This document shows, piece by piece, positions 22,456 through 34,862 of a stretch of DNA of 64,000 bases. The stretch is taken from positions 968,747 to 1,032,746 of the forward strand of contig SMSO01000037.1 of NCBI GenBank assembly GCA_004764695.1. Direction: 5' to 3'. Origin of the DNA: Schizochytrium sp. TIO01. Its lineage: Eukaryota > Protista > Bigyra: Labyrinthulomycetes. Position 1 is the stretch's first letter; every line of letters begins with the position of its first letter. The translations under genes were made by a program, and so were the position numbers. The notes beneath the pieces were generated by a model that saw only the letters and a list, made by a program, of their open reading frames with translations, ran no database searches and was not told where the DNA came from.

Positions 22456-23439
22456 CTAGCGCGACATCAAGAAAAATACTGCAGTGATACCTGCACTAGT
22501 TACAACAATTGGCCAGTCTTCGATTGGGGGCATGTAGCTACAAACTTTTGTCAGTATAGGGGCCGTAGCTTCAGCAACTGTGGCCCGCACGACCTCTCCT
22601 TTCGCAGCAAGTGCTGCTGCAGCAGTGGAAGCTGGGCCCGGATAGGAAACCGTCGAGGTAGTTGTTGCGTGTTTCTGGTGCTGTACAGTGTCTGCATCAG
22701 GAGCGGTACCAGGACTATTAAGTGCTGCTGCTGGTTTTGCAGCAGCTTGTGCAGGGGCTGGACTTGTTACGGCATTATTGTTCATATTAGCTATTTGGCG
22801 TCCACCGGCATGGAGTTGCAAAATGGCATCAAGTTTGCCTCCAAGGCGACTCTCAATGTCACGTAGCTCTTGCGTGGTGATTTCTTTGTTCATGCTGATG
22901 ACACGCTGGGCAATGGCCTCTCGCTTTCCAGGCTCAATCACAGTGACAGAAAGTAAGAAGACTGCACTATTGAAAAGGATGAGCCCAAGAGTTCCATAGG
23001 TCGAGATGCGGCGACCTTTTTCAGCCCATACTTGTTCTTCATGGTAGTGCTCTCGGATCGAAGACATGTACTTGGACTGCTGGTGCTCAACTTGCTCCTC
23101 AAGAGCTGTGAGATTACGCTTTGCAGAAATGGCAGACTTATGCACTTCATGCTCAACTTGGCACATTTCTGTGAACTGCGCAAGCTCTTGCGAAGACCAG
23201 TTCGGTTTTCTGTGTAGCAGGGCATTAATATCTTGCTGATGCTTCCGCTGCTTTTCAGACACATCCTCAAATATTTCTTTCGCCTCCTTGAAGCGCTTCC
23301 TCGTGTCCGCCAGACGTGTATCGGCCTCCACGACGGCTTGGCGAGCGAGCTCCACATGGTCATACTCCGAGACCCGGTTGATCACTCGCAGGAGTGCATC
23401 CACACGTTTCCAAAACCATGCTGCTGAGTTAGCCGACAT
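22456..23439 (-). CDS. SHE9: She9/Mdm33 family (CCDC51-like) mitochondrial inner-membrane coiled-coil protein
   Basis: QQDINALLHRKPNWSSQELAQFTEM and YHEEQVWAEKGRRISTYGTLGLILFN..IEPGKR match the She9_MDM33 pattern (QREVNELLQRKHSWS..DLERFTEL; YHEEQIWSDKIRRASTWGT..VEPWKR). Two hydrophobic segments. Confidence 0.88.
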   Translation of the reverse strand: MSANSAAWFWKRVDALLRVINRVSEYDHVELARQAVVEADTRLADTRKRFKEAKEIFEDVSEKQRKHQQDINALLHRKPNWSSQELAQFTEMCQVEHEVHKSAISAKRNLTALEEQVEHQQSKYMSSIREHYHEEQVWAEKGRRISTYGTLGLILFNSAVFLLSVTVIEPGKREAIAQRVISMNKEITTQELRDIESRLGGKLDAILQLHAGGRQIANMNNNAVTSPAPAQAAAKPAAALNSPGTAPDADTVQHQKHATTTSTVSYPGPASTAAAALAAKGEVVRATVAEATAPILTKVCSYMPPIEDWPIVVTSAGITAVFFLMSR

Positions 23440-23823
23440 GGTCTTCTCCTCAACGCGAAGAGTTCTGCTGCCTTTGGCCCCAGCCCGCCATCGTTCATGC
23501 GCTCCTCCTCAACACACAGATAGTAAGTAGCTCCCAGCATCAGCAAAAGTTTAGCATTCCTTCGCCGCATTACAAAGTGGTGCCACCCCACAGGACCCGG
23601 TATCCGCCTCTCAGCGACTTTCCAAGGCTCGCTCGCCCGCGGCCTCGCGGTTCCCTTCCGGTGCCGTTTTCGTTCCTCCCCCTCTGCGAACGCGGCGTCT
23701 TTAGTTTGCGCTTTTCTTGGTTTGCGCAGGTTCAATGCGGTTAGCTTTCAATCATCAATGAAAATCGATGAATCGGATAGAAGGTACCTAACTACTGCTA
23801 CTCCTCTTAGTCTTCAGCTGTGC

Positions 23824-23841
23824 TCCTTCCTTCCTTCCTTC

Positions 23842-23910
<69 letters not shown>
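23824..23910 (+). repeat. (TTCC)n/(TTTC)n microsatellite
   Basis: Directly visible pyrimidine tetranucleotide tract. Confidence 0.95.
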
Positions 23911-23911
<1 letters not shown>

Positions 23912-26900
23912 CTTTAGCTTTTAATAACTACTTTCTAGCATCGCAATATCCATGATCTGCCTCTCTTTTTGCGGTGAGGACGCAGAAGAAGGCAGTCCTC
24001 GTTCTGCCACGGACCGCGTTAGTTGAGGGTCGCGCAGTCGCTAAGTCAGCCATTGAGTCAGTCATTTGGGCAGTCACGCAGACGGTCTCAAAGCTCAAGA
24101 AGAGGCACCCATCTGTCTGTCTGTCTGTCTGTCTGTTGTCTATTGTCTATCTGTCTGTCTCATGCCAGGACTCTCTTCTCTCTTATTGGAGGAGAGGCCC
24201 GGATGGAGGAGACATAGAACAGGAACAATAAAAGAAATCAGAAGAGAAAACAATAACGATAATTGAAACAGAAAGAAGGAACTGCATCCAAATGTGCGGT
24301 AGCAGTAGTAGAAGTAGTGATAGGCGGTGCCTAGCACTACAACTAAAAAAAATAATTATTATCATTCTTAGTTAGCAGAAGGAGGGAAGGTAGAACGTTC
24401 TTTCGGGGTTAAAATCGAAAAGGAAAAATCATGGAAAGGAAATCTGTGCAAGTGAAGCTTGAGCGAGCTCACAAATTTACATTTATATGTGCAGCAGACA
24501 CGCGTTTGGCACCTTCGTAATAAATTTAGGTGCGCTGCGCTGAGTGAGCGGACGGCCTGGCTTTTACTATGAAAGAATGACACCGTTCGAAAAAGCTTGA
24601 TCATCTGTAGAAATTTCTCACCACCATTCGAAGGACAAGCTATTTAGAAACGTTTTTTACGGTTTATTTTATATAAAAATAGTATCTCTATGGATATATA
24701 AACTGCCAAAGCAAGTTTTTTAACTTTAATTTTTTAAATTCTTTTTAATTTACTTGACCCTAGAATGATGACAAAGATGACGAAGAAGTTTTTATTCTTA
24801 TGGAAATAACTTTGAATTAAATATTTTAATTTTTAATTTAAAAAATTAAAATTTAAATTTAAAATTAATTAAAATAAAATAAAATAAAAGACAGCTAGAG
24901 CGGCCATTATCTCCCTTTTCTTTAAAGAAGCAACGTAGCGATTCCAAAAAGTGAAGTAGGTATGAGGAATAATCTTTATTCGCGATTTCGTTTTTATAAG
25001 TTCAAAGCAAAATGAATAAAAATAAAAAGTATTCTATCATTTGAAGAGATTCACAAAACTTTGTCTGTGTTCTTTTTCTCTTTCTGCTCAAGTTGTGCCT
25101 CAGAGCTGCCAGTGACACGGGGAATTACGCGCTCGGAACGTAAAGGTAAAGGTATTGGGCCGTCTGCATAATCTTTTCCAGCTTCGTCGCAGCAGTTCTC
25201 CTTCTACTTCAAAGCCCTCGATTCCCACTTCAAAGTTCTTCAACTTCGTAATACTCCTTTTGATAAAACAAAACAAAAAGCAGAACACTAAAAAACGAAT
25301 CATCATCAGAGCCGCTTTAGAAAGAGACTAAAGATGAGGGCGTTCTTTTCCTTGGCCTGCATAGCACCTGCTAGCAACTACTCTAACTGGCGGCTTTTCT
25401 TCTCTCGGAGCTCCTGGTCTGCAACTGCAGAAATGAGCGCCCCAGCGCCAAGCGGCGACTTCACGACATATGGAAGCTGTCCCTTGGCCGTCCGTATTGG
25501 CTGGGAAGTTAATAACGACGACAAGTACTGCCATGTGATTTTGAGACTTGGATCCGCATGTTAGTTCATTGGACACTCCAAGTCGCACTAGGGCTAGCTC
25601 GAGGGCAAGTTGTAGAAGGACGCACGCAGCGAAAACTGTCAAAGGTTAGTTTGATAGTCTGCGAAGTTTATTTTTAGTTTTTTAGCGAATGACAGCCTTG
25701 ACGAGTACGTACAAAGCGACGTAGCTTGACACAATCTGCGCTTGCAAGAATTAGCGAAGGTGAGCTGTGAAGAGAGCCTTTGTTCGAGTTGGTCTAGGTA
25801 CTTTGGTACTAGGATATCAATGTCCTTGAGGTTCTTCAAGTTGCTGCTCTTTCCAGGAATGCACATTCCTACTATGCATTTGTGTCTGTCTGTCTGTCTG
25901 AAAAGTGCAATGACCAACGGTTGCGTTGTCGGTGATTTTCGAGTAAACCAATCCTTGTACCTAGTTATCAACCTCTGCGCCCGTAGTACGTCGTCTCAGG
26001 GGCATCGCTAGCATTCCCCCCAGGGAAGAACATGCTGTAGTATTTGATTCTCTTGTGAGTATAATTTCGCTCGCTCGGCGAAACCAACCTCTAAAACCAA
26101 GGCGACCATTCGTTGCTAGAACGTTTGGCCTCCACAGATTCCGAGGATCAACACACTACATATATATTGATTGATATGTAGCAGTCCAATCAAAACTCGC
26201 ACAGTACCAAAGTTTCTGCAAGAATGGAATGGCTCCGTGGTCTGTGTGCTTTATTGTTAATTGAAATATGATTATTACTTTATAAATATAGTTTATTTCC
26301 ATCTTCAGTTCTTTTGAAGCAAGTCAAAAAGTCTCTTCAATTTTCTTTGCCATCGTCATAAACCATGCTGACAGCCTTGAAGTTCGTTTTCAATCAAGAG
26401 ACTGAAAGAGTACTTCCGCATTCCACTTCCTGCCCGCAGATCATTGGTCAGTTAGCGAAACTAGTTCCCTAGCGAGGTAAACTCGCTCAGCCCTTCATCA
26501 ATCCTCGTACCTCGGTAATTCTCAAAATTGCAAACCCAAGAACTTTGGAGTTCAATGCAGGAAGTGTAGTTGGTAGAGCTGCCACTGATGCTGCTGCTGC
26601 TGCTGCTGTTGCTGCCACCCCTTTCCCCGCTCACTCGCTCGCTGGCCTCACGAACCGCGACCTTTGGTTTCGTGCTTGTCTCGAACCGGAGGGGACTTCT
26701 TGGTTCTCAAGTTCTCGCTCGCCATTCACGCGCCAACCTCACGTTCTCTCATCCACCATTGCTTTTTGGACCACTCTCAAAGGCGCAATCACCTCAATCA
26801 CCTCACCCGTGGGGAAGAACGCGGAGAGAGAACGGCCGCTCGCGCTAGCAGGAACTCTAGCGCACCCGTGAGGTTCCTAGGCGGGCGAGCGACCTTGAGA

Positions 26901-27264
26901 AAGAGAACACCGCTGAAGGTAGTTAGTTAGTTAGTAAGTTAGTTGGGAGTGGCATTACATCAGATTGCATTACATTCCTCACTCACTCATTGGTACCTAC
27001 CTACCTGACACTCACTCACTCACTCACTCACTCACTCACTCACTCTTTCACTGGCAGCGCCAGTCAGCTCGCTCCACGCTGGCCAGGGTGGTTGGCGTTG
27101 CCGGGCGCCGGCCGCCTTCTCGCTGGCGAAGGCCGCTGCTTGCTGAGGTTCACCATGCCTGCTGCTCGATCGGCTGTGGAGCTCTCGACTTTCCCGCTGG
27201 CCTGCCGGCAGAAGGGGCCCCAAATATCCGGGCCGGCTGCCGACGTCCGACGGCGAGTGGAGGC

Positions 27265-27274
27265 TGGCTGGCTG

Positions 27275-27311
<37 letters not shown>

Positions 27312-27322
27312 GCTGCTGGCTG
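27265..27322 (+). repeat. (GGCT)n/(GCTT)n microsatellite
   Basis: Directly visible. Confidence 0.85.
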
Positions 27323-27586
27323 CTGGTTGTTGTCTTCGTTTTCTATTCATGTCATGAACGACGATGAGAGCTGCTTTCGACTCCTCGAGACGTTCCTGTG
27401 ACCTTCTTGAAAACGAAGGAAGTCCTATGCTGTTCCGTTCCTTTCTCCCGTTCTTATTAATTTATGTATTTATTTATTTATTTATTTATTTAGTATGATC
27501 ATTATGTATTCGTGATTAAACATCTTCTTTATTTTAAAATTAAAAAGAATGAAAATACTCATTATTGTTTTTATAAATGGAGTTGA

Positions 27587-27588
<2 letters not shown>

Positions 27589-27624
<36 letters not shown>

Positions 27625-27738
27625 GAAGAGAAGAGAAGAGAAGAGAAGAGAAGAGAAGAGAAGAGAAGAGAAGAGAAGAGAAGAGAAGAGAAGAGAAGAG
27701 AAGAGAAGAGAAGAGAAGAGAAGAGAAGAGAAGAGAAA
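27589..27738 (+). repeat. (AAAG)n followed by (AAGAG)n microsatellite
   Basis: Pure-purine tract of about 150 nt. Confidence 0.95.
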
Positions 27739-28538
27739 AAGATCAGCCATTACAATCGTCACGAAGCTAAAGCCAAAATCTCGCTACCTTGCCTGCGAAG
27801 AAGAGACCTGAGGACAACTCACGCAGGCAGAGACCCTGAGCATCAGAGACCTGCGGCCGTCGTCATGTTGGAGATGCCGAGCGCTGTGCGTGATTCGCCG
27901 CCTGGTCTTGCGGCCGCCGCCGTGTTTTCTTCGTGGTCTTGGCGCGCGCACGTATCCTGATCAACATCTATCTGATTGTTGCTGTAATCTGCCTTGTTCC
28001 ATTATCAGTGTTCCAAATGACTAATTGATTGATTGATTGATTGATTGATTGATCGCTTATTTTGTGGATTTGGTCACATTAAAGAGGATGAGAGAAGGGC
28101 AAGAAGGAGGATGGACGTGGTTAGCATATACGTTTCTGGGAAATTGTCAGGTATTCGCAGCATGCCAAACGAGATAAACGTATTCATCTACCAACCTTTT
28201 GTTCGCTTTATTTCGCTATCTTTATTTTATGATGTTGTTCCTCCTGACAGAAATGTTTGTTACCACTTTGATTACTTTCTTTCGAAGTTAAACAGTTTTT
28301 GTTTTACTTATTTTACTTTATTTTAAAACATTATTTTAAAAAAAAAACTTTGATTTTATAAAATTAAATATACAAAAACAAAATCTTTACCAAACTTGAA
28401 TAAAACTTGGAAAATTACTATACTAATCGAGGGAAGCGATATTGCAAGTTCAAGGTTTCCGAACTCCAAGACACTGAGTCTTTCTCTCTCCGGATGCAGA
28501 CGGACCGCTTCCAACGGCCAGCGGCGCCAACAACACCT

Positions 28539-28643
28539 GAAGAAGAAGAAGAAGAAGAAGAAGAAGAAGAAGAAGAAGAAGAAGAAGAAGAAGAAGAAGA
28601 AGAAGAAGAAGAAGAAGAAGAAGAAGAAGAAGAAGAAGAAGAA
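28539..28643 (+). repeat. (GAA)35 trinucleotide microsatellite
   Basis: Uninterrupted GAA run; it accounts for the poly-E/K/S/L/F ORFs in the track. Confidence 0.96.
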
Positions 28644-30332
28644 CAGCAACAACAAGAGGAGTCCAAGCTATCAGCGCTTCACTCGGATGGCAACGACTGG
28701 CTGGCTGACCGACTGACTGACTGACTGACAAACAGGCTCGAAAAGGGCACCAACTGAAGAAAGCGTCGTCGATGCATCGACTTGGAGGGCTTGACTTGCT
28801 TCCAAGCTATGGTCCTTCAAGGTAACCAACAATCTAACTGACTGACTGACTGACTGACTGACTGACCAACTAAGTAACTGATTAACTGGCAATTAGATAC
28901 TTGTGGCTGGGGCTGGTTGAACACTGCATCGCTCTCCTGACAGTGAGTGAGTGCACAGGTGAATGAATGGCAGGATCTGTTGCAAAAATCTTCGGATCTC
29001 CCTCACCAAAGTGGCATAAATGCAGGCCATGACGAAGGGGTAGATGAGCGTGAATTTCCCAGAATCGCCCAAATGCTTGGTCGAGCTCCTTCATCTCCCA
29101 CGAACTTTCATAATTGAATCACTCACTGGATGAGCGAATGTCGTCTTTACGATTACAATTGCATCCACTTCCCCACGATCGATCGTGTTGATCTGATTTG
29201 ATCTGATCTGATCTGATTCGATCTGATTTAATTTAATTTGATTTGATTGATTTGGTGCAGGTACTAGGTTCTCCAAGCTAGCTACCACCCAGTTTTCATT
29301 TGGATGGGTGGTTGAACTGAGAACAGTCACTTTGTCAAACACCACTCTGCGCAAACAGGTAAATCCAGCTGATAAGAGGAACACCAATTTGTGAGTTGCG
29401 CTCCGCCACCCCCAAAATATAGCGAGTTCGCCTGGACTTCTACCTCGAAGTTGTTCTGTTCAGCCTCGGCTTTGGCCGCAACCCGTTTTCATTCCAGCCA
29501 GACCTACCCACCCACCCCTGCTCTTCAGGCAGTCGCTGTCTGTCTATGCTCTATGCATGACATGGCGGAGACGAGACAGCCATAGTCCTCGGCTGGGCAG
29601 CGCTAGAGTCGTCGATCTCAGGCATCCATTTGTAATCCCTGGCCGTGCGTGAGCTGGTTGGCCGCCTTCGTGCAGGGCCTGAGCCAGCTAGCTAGCTAGC
29701 CAAGCAGGCGCGTGAGCAAGCAAGTTGCTGTCAATGTCTGTCGCGACGGTGATGGAGTCTGCCTCGAGAAGCAGGCCGGCCAGCTCATCGCGATCGCTGA
29801 TCTGTAGTCAACTGATGGCCATATTTGATGACTCCGATGGAGAGGAGAAATCGTCGTTGGCGGCAATTTAGTGGAGAGAGAAGTCTCATCCACTCCTGCA
29901 TTTCTATCAAGCAGCAGCAGCAGCAGGTCCTGAACTGTCAGTGGCTGCGTCAAGTTGGTTCGCCGTCGCGAAGCTACTTTGTAAATCCATCCACCTCTGG
30001 CTAGGTGCCTACCAACCAGGATGGCCACCTTCTCGGCAGCGTCAGAAGTGCCTCTGGTACACGCCAAGCGTGGTAGGGACCAGAATAAATTTGGCATCAA
30101 CAATGCCAGGTTCCCACCCGCAAGCAGCGATGCTTCGACGATAAACCATCCCAAGGCCTCCATCGCGAACTAAGTCAACTAAGTTGAGGGCCCTACCGCT
30201 CGATCACAGCTGACTCTGCCGAGACTGCGTCAATCTAAGCCGAACAAAGCTTGGTTTCTTCGACTTGCTTCATTCTCGACAAGCCTCAGGCATCATTTCC
30301 TCAATTGTGCCGTGGTTCCAATGGCTGTCGTG

Positions 30333-30344
30333 ACTAACTAACTG

Positions 30345-30379
<35 letters not shown>

Positions 30380-30408
30380 GACTAACTAACTAACTAACTA
30401 ACTAACGA
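30333..30408 (+). repeat. (CTAA)n microsatellite with CTGA variants
   Basis: Directly visible. Confidence 0.92.
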
Positions 30409-31036
30409 ACTTGCAATCTATCTAATGAATGCCTTTGGCTCTCATGCAAAAGACATACGTGCAAAACGATTTCTGAGGGAAAGAACACCAGTCAGTAACA
30501 CCTTTCATCGACTTCGAAAAAAAAACAATCAAAAAGACTCAGGCCAAAACAATCCCTCACGAACTAGCTCGTAACCCCCACATTGAGGTCTTAGCTACCT
30601 ACCTACTTACTACTTTTGCTCCTTCACTTGCTTGTTCATTCGATCGTTTCTTGGTTTGTTTGTTTGTTTGTTTGTTTGTCTGTCTGTCCAGTTCTGGCAT
30701 TTTCATTCATTCATTCATTCATTCATTCGTTCAATTTTGGTTTCTTTCTTCTCATTTTTCTTCTCATATGTGTTCTCTGCCTCCTAGCCAGCACTAGGCA
30801 GAACGCTACTACTTCTGCAAAGGCCACGTAACGATGAACTTCTTTGACTCAATCAAAACACAGCTAGCTGGCCAACCACCTCAGTGTCCTGGCCATCCCA
30901 GTGATCTCGGCACCCTTCGCTCCACTCAGACAGACAGACACGCAGACGATGCCGACGCCCAGGCGCGAAATGCTCGGCGCCGCGGCCGGTGCAGCGGAGA
31001 TCCAGGCGGCGGTCGCGGTCAGTCCTCGTCGGTGAG

Positions 31037-31110
31037 CATCACCACCACCATCATCATCATCATCATCATCACCGTCATCGTCATCGCCGTCGCCGTCGTT
31101 TCCGTCGTCG
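31037..31110 (+). repeat. Compound (CAC)/(CAT)/(CGT) trinucleotide tract
   Basis: Directly visible. Confidence 0.8.
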
Positions 31111-31742
31111 TTTTCGCTCTTTTCGTAACGCGCTTGCGCTGTTCTGCCTCTATAAGATGGCGTCATGGTGCCCAGGTCGCCGCTGACCAAGTCCCAACTG
31201 GCGACCGCCGCAGCCTCTGTGGCGCCGACTATGTTCGCGAGAGGGCCTTCTTCGGGGCCTTCGAGCTGCTCTCCGAGTCGCACGCGAGGCTCCTTTGGGG
31301 CTCGAGACCTCTGCTAACGCTTTGCTAACCTCGTCGTGACCAGCTTGGCCTTGGATGAGTGGATGAATGGATGCTCAAGATGGCTCGAGCGAACCCTTGG
31401 GCTCTCTGACTGCCCAGTGCGCCGAGAAGAGTCGCTCGGGGGGCGGCCAACATTACGTCCTATCTAAGCTCAATACGGGTTCATGAGGGCACACATGATA
31501 GCTTGTAGGTACTCGCTCCAGTTCCGAGCGCAGTTCCGCGCCTGGTTTTTGTCTCTTCCTGCATTCAGGACGACCTCCGTTTTCTTTTCTCTCCTTTTTA
31601 CCTCCCCTTTCTCAATACCTTAATTAAAACTAAAACTTATTAACATTATTATTATTATTATTTTACTTTTATAATTTCCTAAAGTACGTATTTGAGTTCG
31701 AAAAATACAATTGAAAATAAAATAAATTTTAAAAAGAGAGAA

Positions 31743-31813
31743 AATGAAATGAATTAATGAATTAATGAATTAATGAATGAATTAATGAATTAATTAATGA
31801 ATTAGTTAATGAA
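31743..31813 (+). repeat. (AATGAATT)n imperfect octamer repeat
   Basis: Directly visible. Confidence 0.8.
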
Positions 31814-34276
31814 TCTCATCTTACAGCTTAAACTCTTTAAAATAAAATCTGTCACAATATCCAAAGTTTGTGTGTATTCACTCCAAAACACTCCATTAGT
31901 CAAACCTAACATACTTCTAAGCCACAGGCAGACTAGTCCCTCAGTGCATTCACACATACACATTTGCTTGCGCTGCAGTGAGTGAGTTCCCTGAAAACCC
32001 GCACACTCCACGGACCTCCTCGCTCGAACCCTGCAAATGCACGCGTGGGCCTCTGCGGATGGCCACCTGCCTACACACATCGCACAGCTCCTTCGCCACC
32101 ATCCGGGAGTCTTTGGGCACCGCCTCTCCATTTTCTTCACGCGCTTTGCTGCTTTCGCGACCTCGCGACAGAACGATAGTGCCGTTCTCTTCGTTCTCTG
32201 TTCCGCCCCTTAAGAACGCCGTCGCTAAGTCTTGCCTACCCCCTGCTAGTCCCGTTCTATTCGTTCTATTCGTTCTTTCCGCGTTCTCAGGGGTTTGGAT
32301 TCCAGGGATCGATCTCCCATATTGACATTAGGGACTTCAAAGCGCCTTTGCATGGGCTTTGTCTGCGCCGCGGCAGCCTCGAAGAAGAAGAAGAAGGAGA
32401 AGAAGTGGCTGCCGACGAGCAGGCGCAGGCCTTGGCTGAGAGGCCTCCCAAGGATAAAGGCGGGTCCTCTGCCCTAATCCGCAGCCCGCAGCCCCGCCAG
32501 GATGGGCTCCGCGCTTCGCGAACTGGCCTCGGCTCCGCGCTGGAGCGAGTCCCATTGGTCTCTCTCTGCTGTGTCTTGATATGATCTTTTTCTTCTTCTT
32601 CTTTCTTCTTTTGTGGTTAGTTTATTCTTTTTACTTTTCCTTTTAAACCCTCTTTTTTTCTCTTTTTTTCTCTCTTTTTTTTTTTCTTTTCGCCTGCGCA
32701 TTTTATTTAGTAAGAGTATCGGTCGCAGAGGTATTATTGAATATCGTATTCCACGCAGCGTTTCCAAAACGTATCGTTGGCAGAGCACGAATGAGGTTCT
32801 TTCTTTGCTGTCTCATTCGAGTCTGCAGAAAGGCAACTTGAAACTTGAAACTTGAAACCTAAGAAGAAGAAGAAAAGATAGTCTCGACGGAGGTCATGGA
32901 TGGTACGCATAAATGAACACCCAATTCCGTGCAAAAGAAGAGGCGCAGGAATTTAGGCATATTCACGATGTTTAATGTTCCTGTTTGCCTTCTCTTTTCT
33001 TTCTTTCTTTCTTTCTTTTCATTTCTTTTGCTTTCTTTGCTTTCTTTCAAGCCGGTCTCTGGAGCATTACAATTGGGGTCTTCGAGGCATTGCGGACCTC
33101 TTCGAATGCCCTGAGAGCCATCTTTGGGGCTCTTAAGGCGGAGAAACGGGAGATAGCTGTACATAGATAGACGTATGTAAATAAATCTCAGGGGAGCTCA
33201 AGTTAGGAAGGCGGTTCAAGGCTCTGCGTTCTGTTCTATTTCTCGCCTCCCTTTCGGTCCCGCCGCGCTGTCTCGCGATTGTTATTGTTCCTCTCAATAG
33301 ACTTTTGTTTTGTTTGCACTTTTCAAAGCGATGATAGAATTGTAAATGCTGCTTTTGTAATATGAGTAAAATAGATTATGATATGGATCTACCGAGTTGA
33401 TATCTATCTCCATGGAGTGCGCGATTCTTGATTTTCCGAAGGTTGCAATGCGATAGGTGGAAATCCAGCTCTGCAGGGCCTCTTTGTGATCGTCTCCTTT
33501 CCGGTTGAGCGCGCTTATCTGTTCTGAGGTTCTGCCAAACGCTGTGAGGGTATCGAGGGAAACGAGAGAAGACGTGGATATGTACAGCATCGATGATCTT
33601 GGGTTAGTGTTTTATTTTAGTTTATAATATTTTAATCATAAATTAAACAACAAAAGTGAGACGAAGACAGGAAACGAGGAACATCCATTCTTTGGCGCGT
33701 ACCTTCTCTTGAGCGAACCTTGAAACCAAATGCTCACTCAGGCTCCTCATGAGGGTCTCAACTTAGCGTGATTTGCGTCTGATGAAGGTTGGTTTTCGCA
33801 GCCTCAAAGCGCTCACGACACCCTCCTCAGTTACTACGATCCAAGATCACGAGTTCGAGTTCTTGCCTTTTGCCCCGCAAACTCGCAGATTGCAATGGAA
33901 ACTTTCAAACGCCCTTGTGAGGGGAAGAGAGTTCGGCTGGGAGGGGGAACCTGCGCAGAGACACTCAGAGGGGCCTATTCAGAAAGGGGGCCTGTATTTG
34001 CGGGAGCGGTGTGGGGGAGGGCTGGCGCCTTGAGAGATTTCCCAGACTTGCTACCACTGGAACTCCAAGAGGCAGTGTGCTCCTCCTCCAGGCCTTTCTT
34101 TTCAATGTTCTGTTCTTTATCATTCGCCCTCTCAGACTTCTGTTCCTTGAGATTACAAGGCGCTTACTGCGGCTATACTTATAAAAACGTTTTACCCATT
34201 CTTTTGCTTCTCCAGAAATGAAAGGAAATTAACTTTTAATGAAGCTGTTCATATAGTGTTTGACAGAACCTAACAG

Positions 34277-34312
<36 letters not shown>

Positions 34313-34674
34313 GGAAAGAAATAAAAGAAAAGAAAGAGAGGGAGACTAAAGAGAGCTTCTTCTTTGATCGACTTTTGATGGCCTCGACCTTTTACTTATT
34401 TATCCCTCTATAAATACCTCTTCTGAGGATGCCGCGATGACGAAGACGCTCCTCTGTGGAGCTGTGGCCAAAGCGCGAACGGGCGGCTTTACTTTCTTTC
34501 TTTCTTTCTTTCTTAGTTTCTTTCCTGGAGAAGCTCCATCTGTCAATCAAGCGACCGAAAGAGGGACCGCCTTTCGGCGCGGAGCCCACCCGAAAAGGGG
34601 TTTTGGCGGAGACATGGGCGGCTTTTAGATTACTCTTACCTCCATAGGACTTCGCCTTTTTAGTGTTTTTTAGC

Positions 34675-34675
<1 letters not shown>

Positions 34676-34750
<75 letters not shown>

Positions 34751-34862
34751 TCATGTATAGCTACAATGATAAGCATCATTCACTTTTTGTGTATATTGTA
34801 GAAACAAGACGAGAAAGAAAGAAAGAAAGAAGAAACAAAGAAACAAAGAAAGAAAGAAAGAA
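34676..34862. repeat. (TTTC)n tract followed about 60 nt later by an imperfect (GAAA)n tract
   Basis: TTTC at 34676-34752 and GAAA-type at 34811-34862; the two are complementary. Confidence 0.88.

Noticed and set aside
27549-28731. ORFs encoding (RREEK)n, poly-K, poly-E, poly-F, poly-S and poly-L
   Set aside because: They are translations of stop-free (AAGAG)n and (GAA)n microsatellites open in several frames, with no flanking domain.
30333-30408. (CTAA)n as an interstitial telomeric repeat
   Set aside because: The unit is CTAA, not a CCCTAA-type telomere unit, and it matches the other tetranucleotide microsatellites nearby.
30834-31328. Overlapping ORFs with poly-His, poly-Ile or poly-Asp
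   Set aside because: Explained by a compound trinucleotide repeat in a GC-rich island; no domain evidence in any frame.
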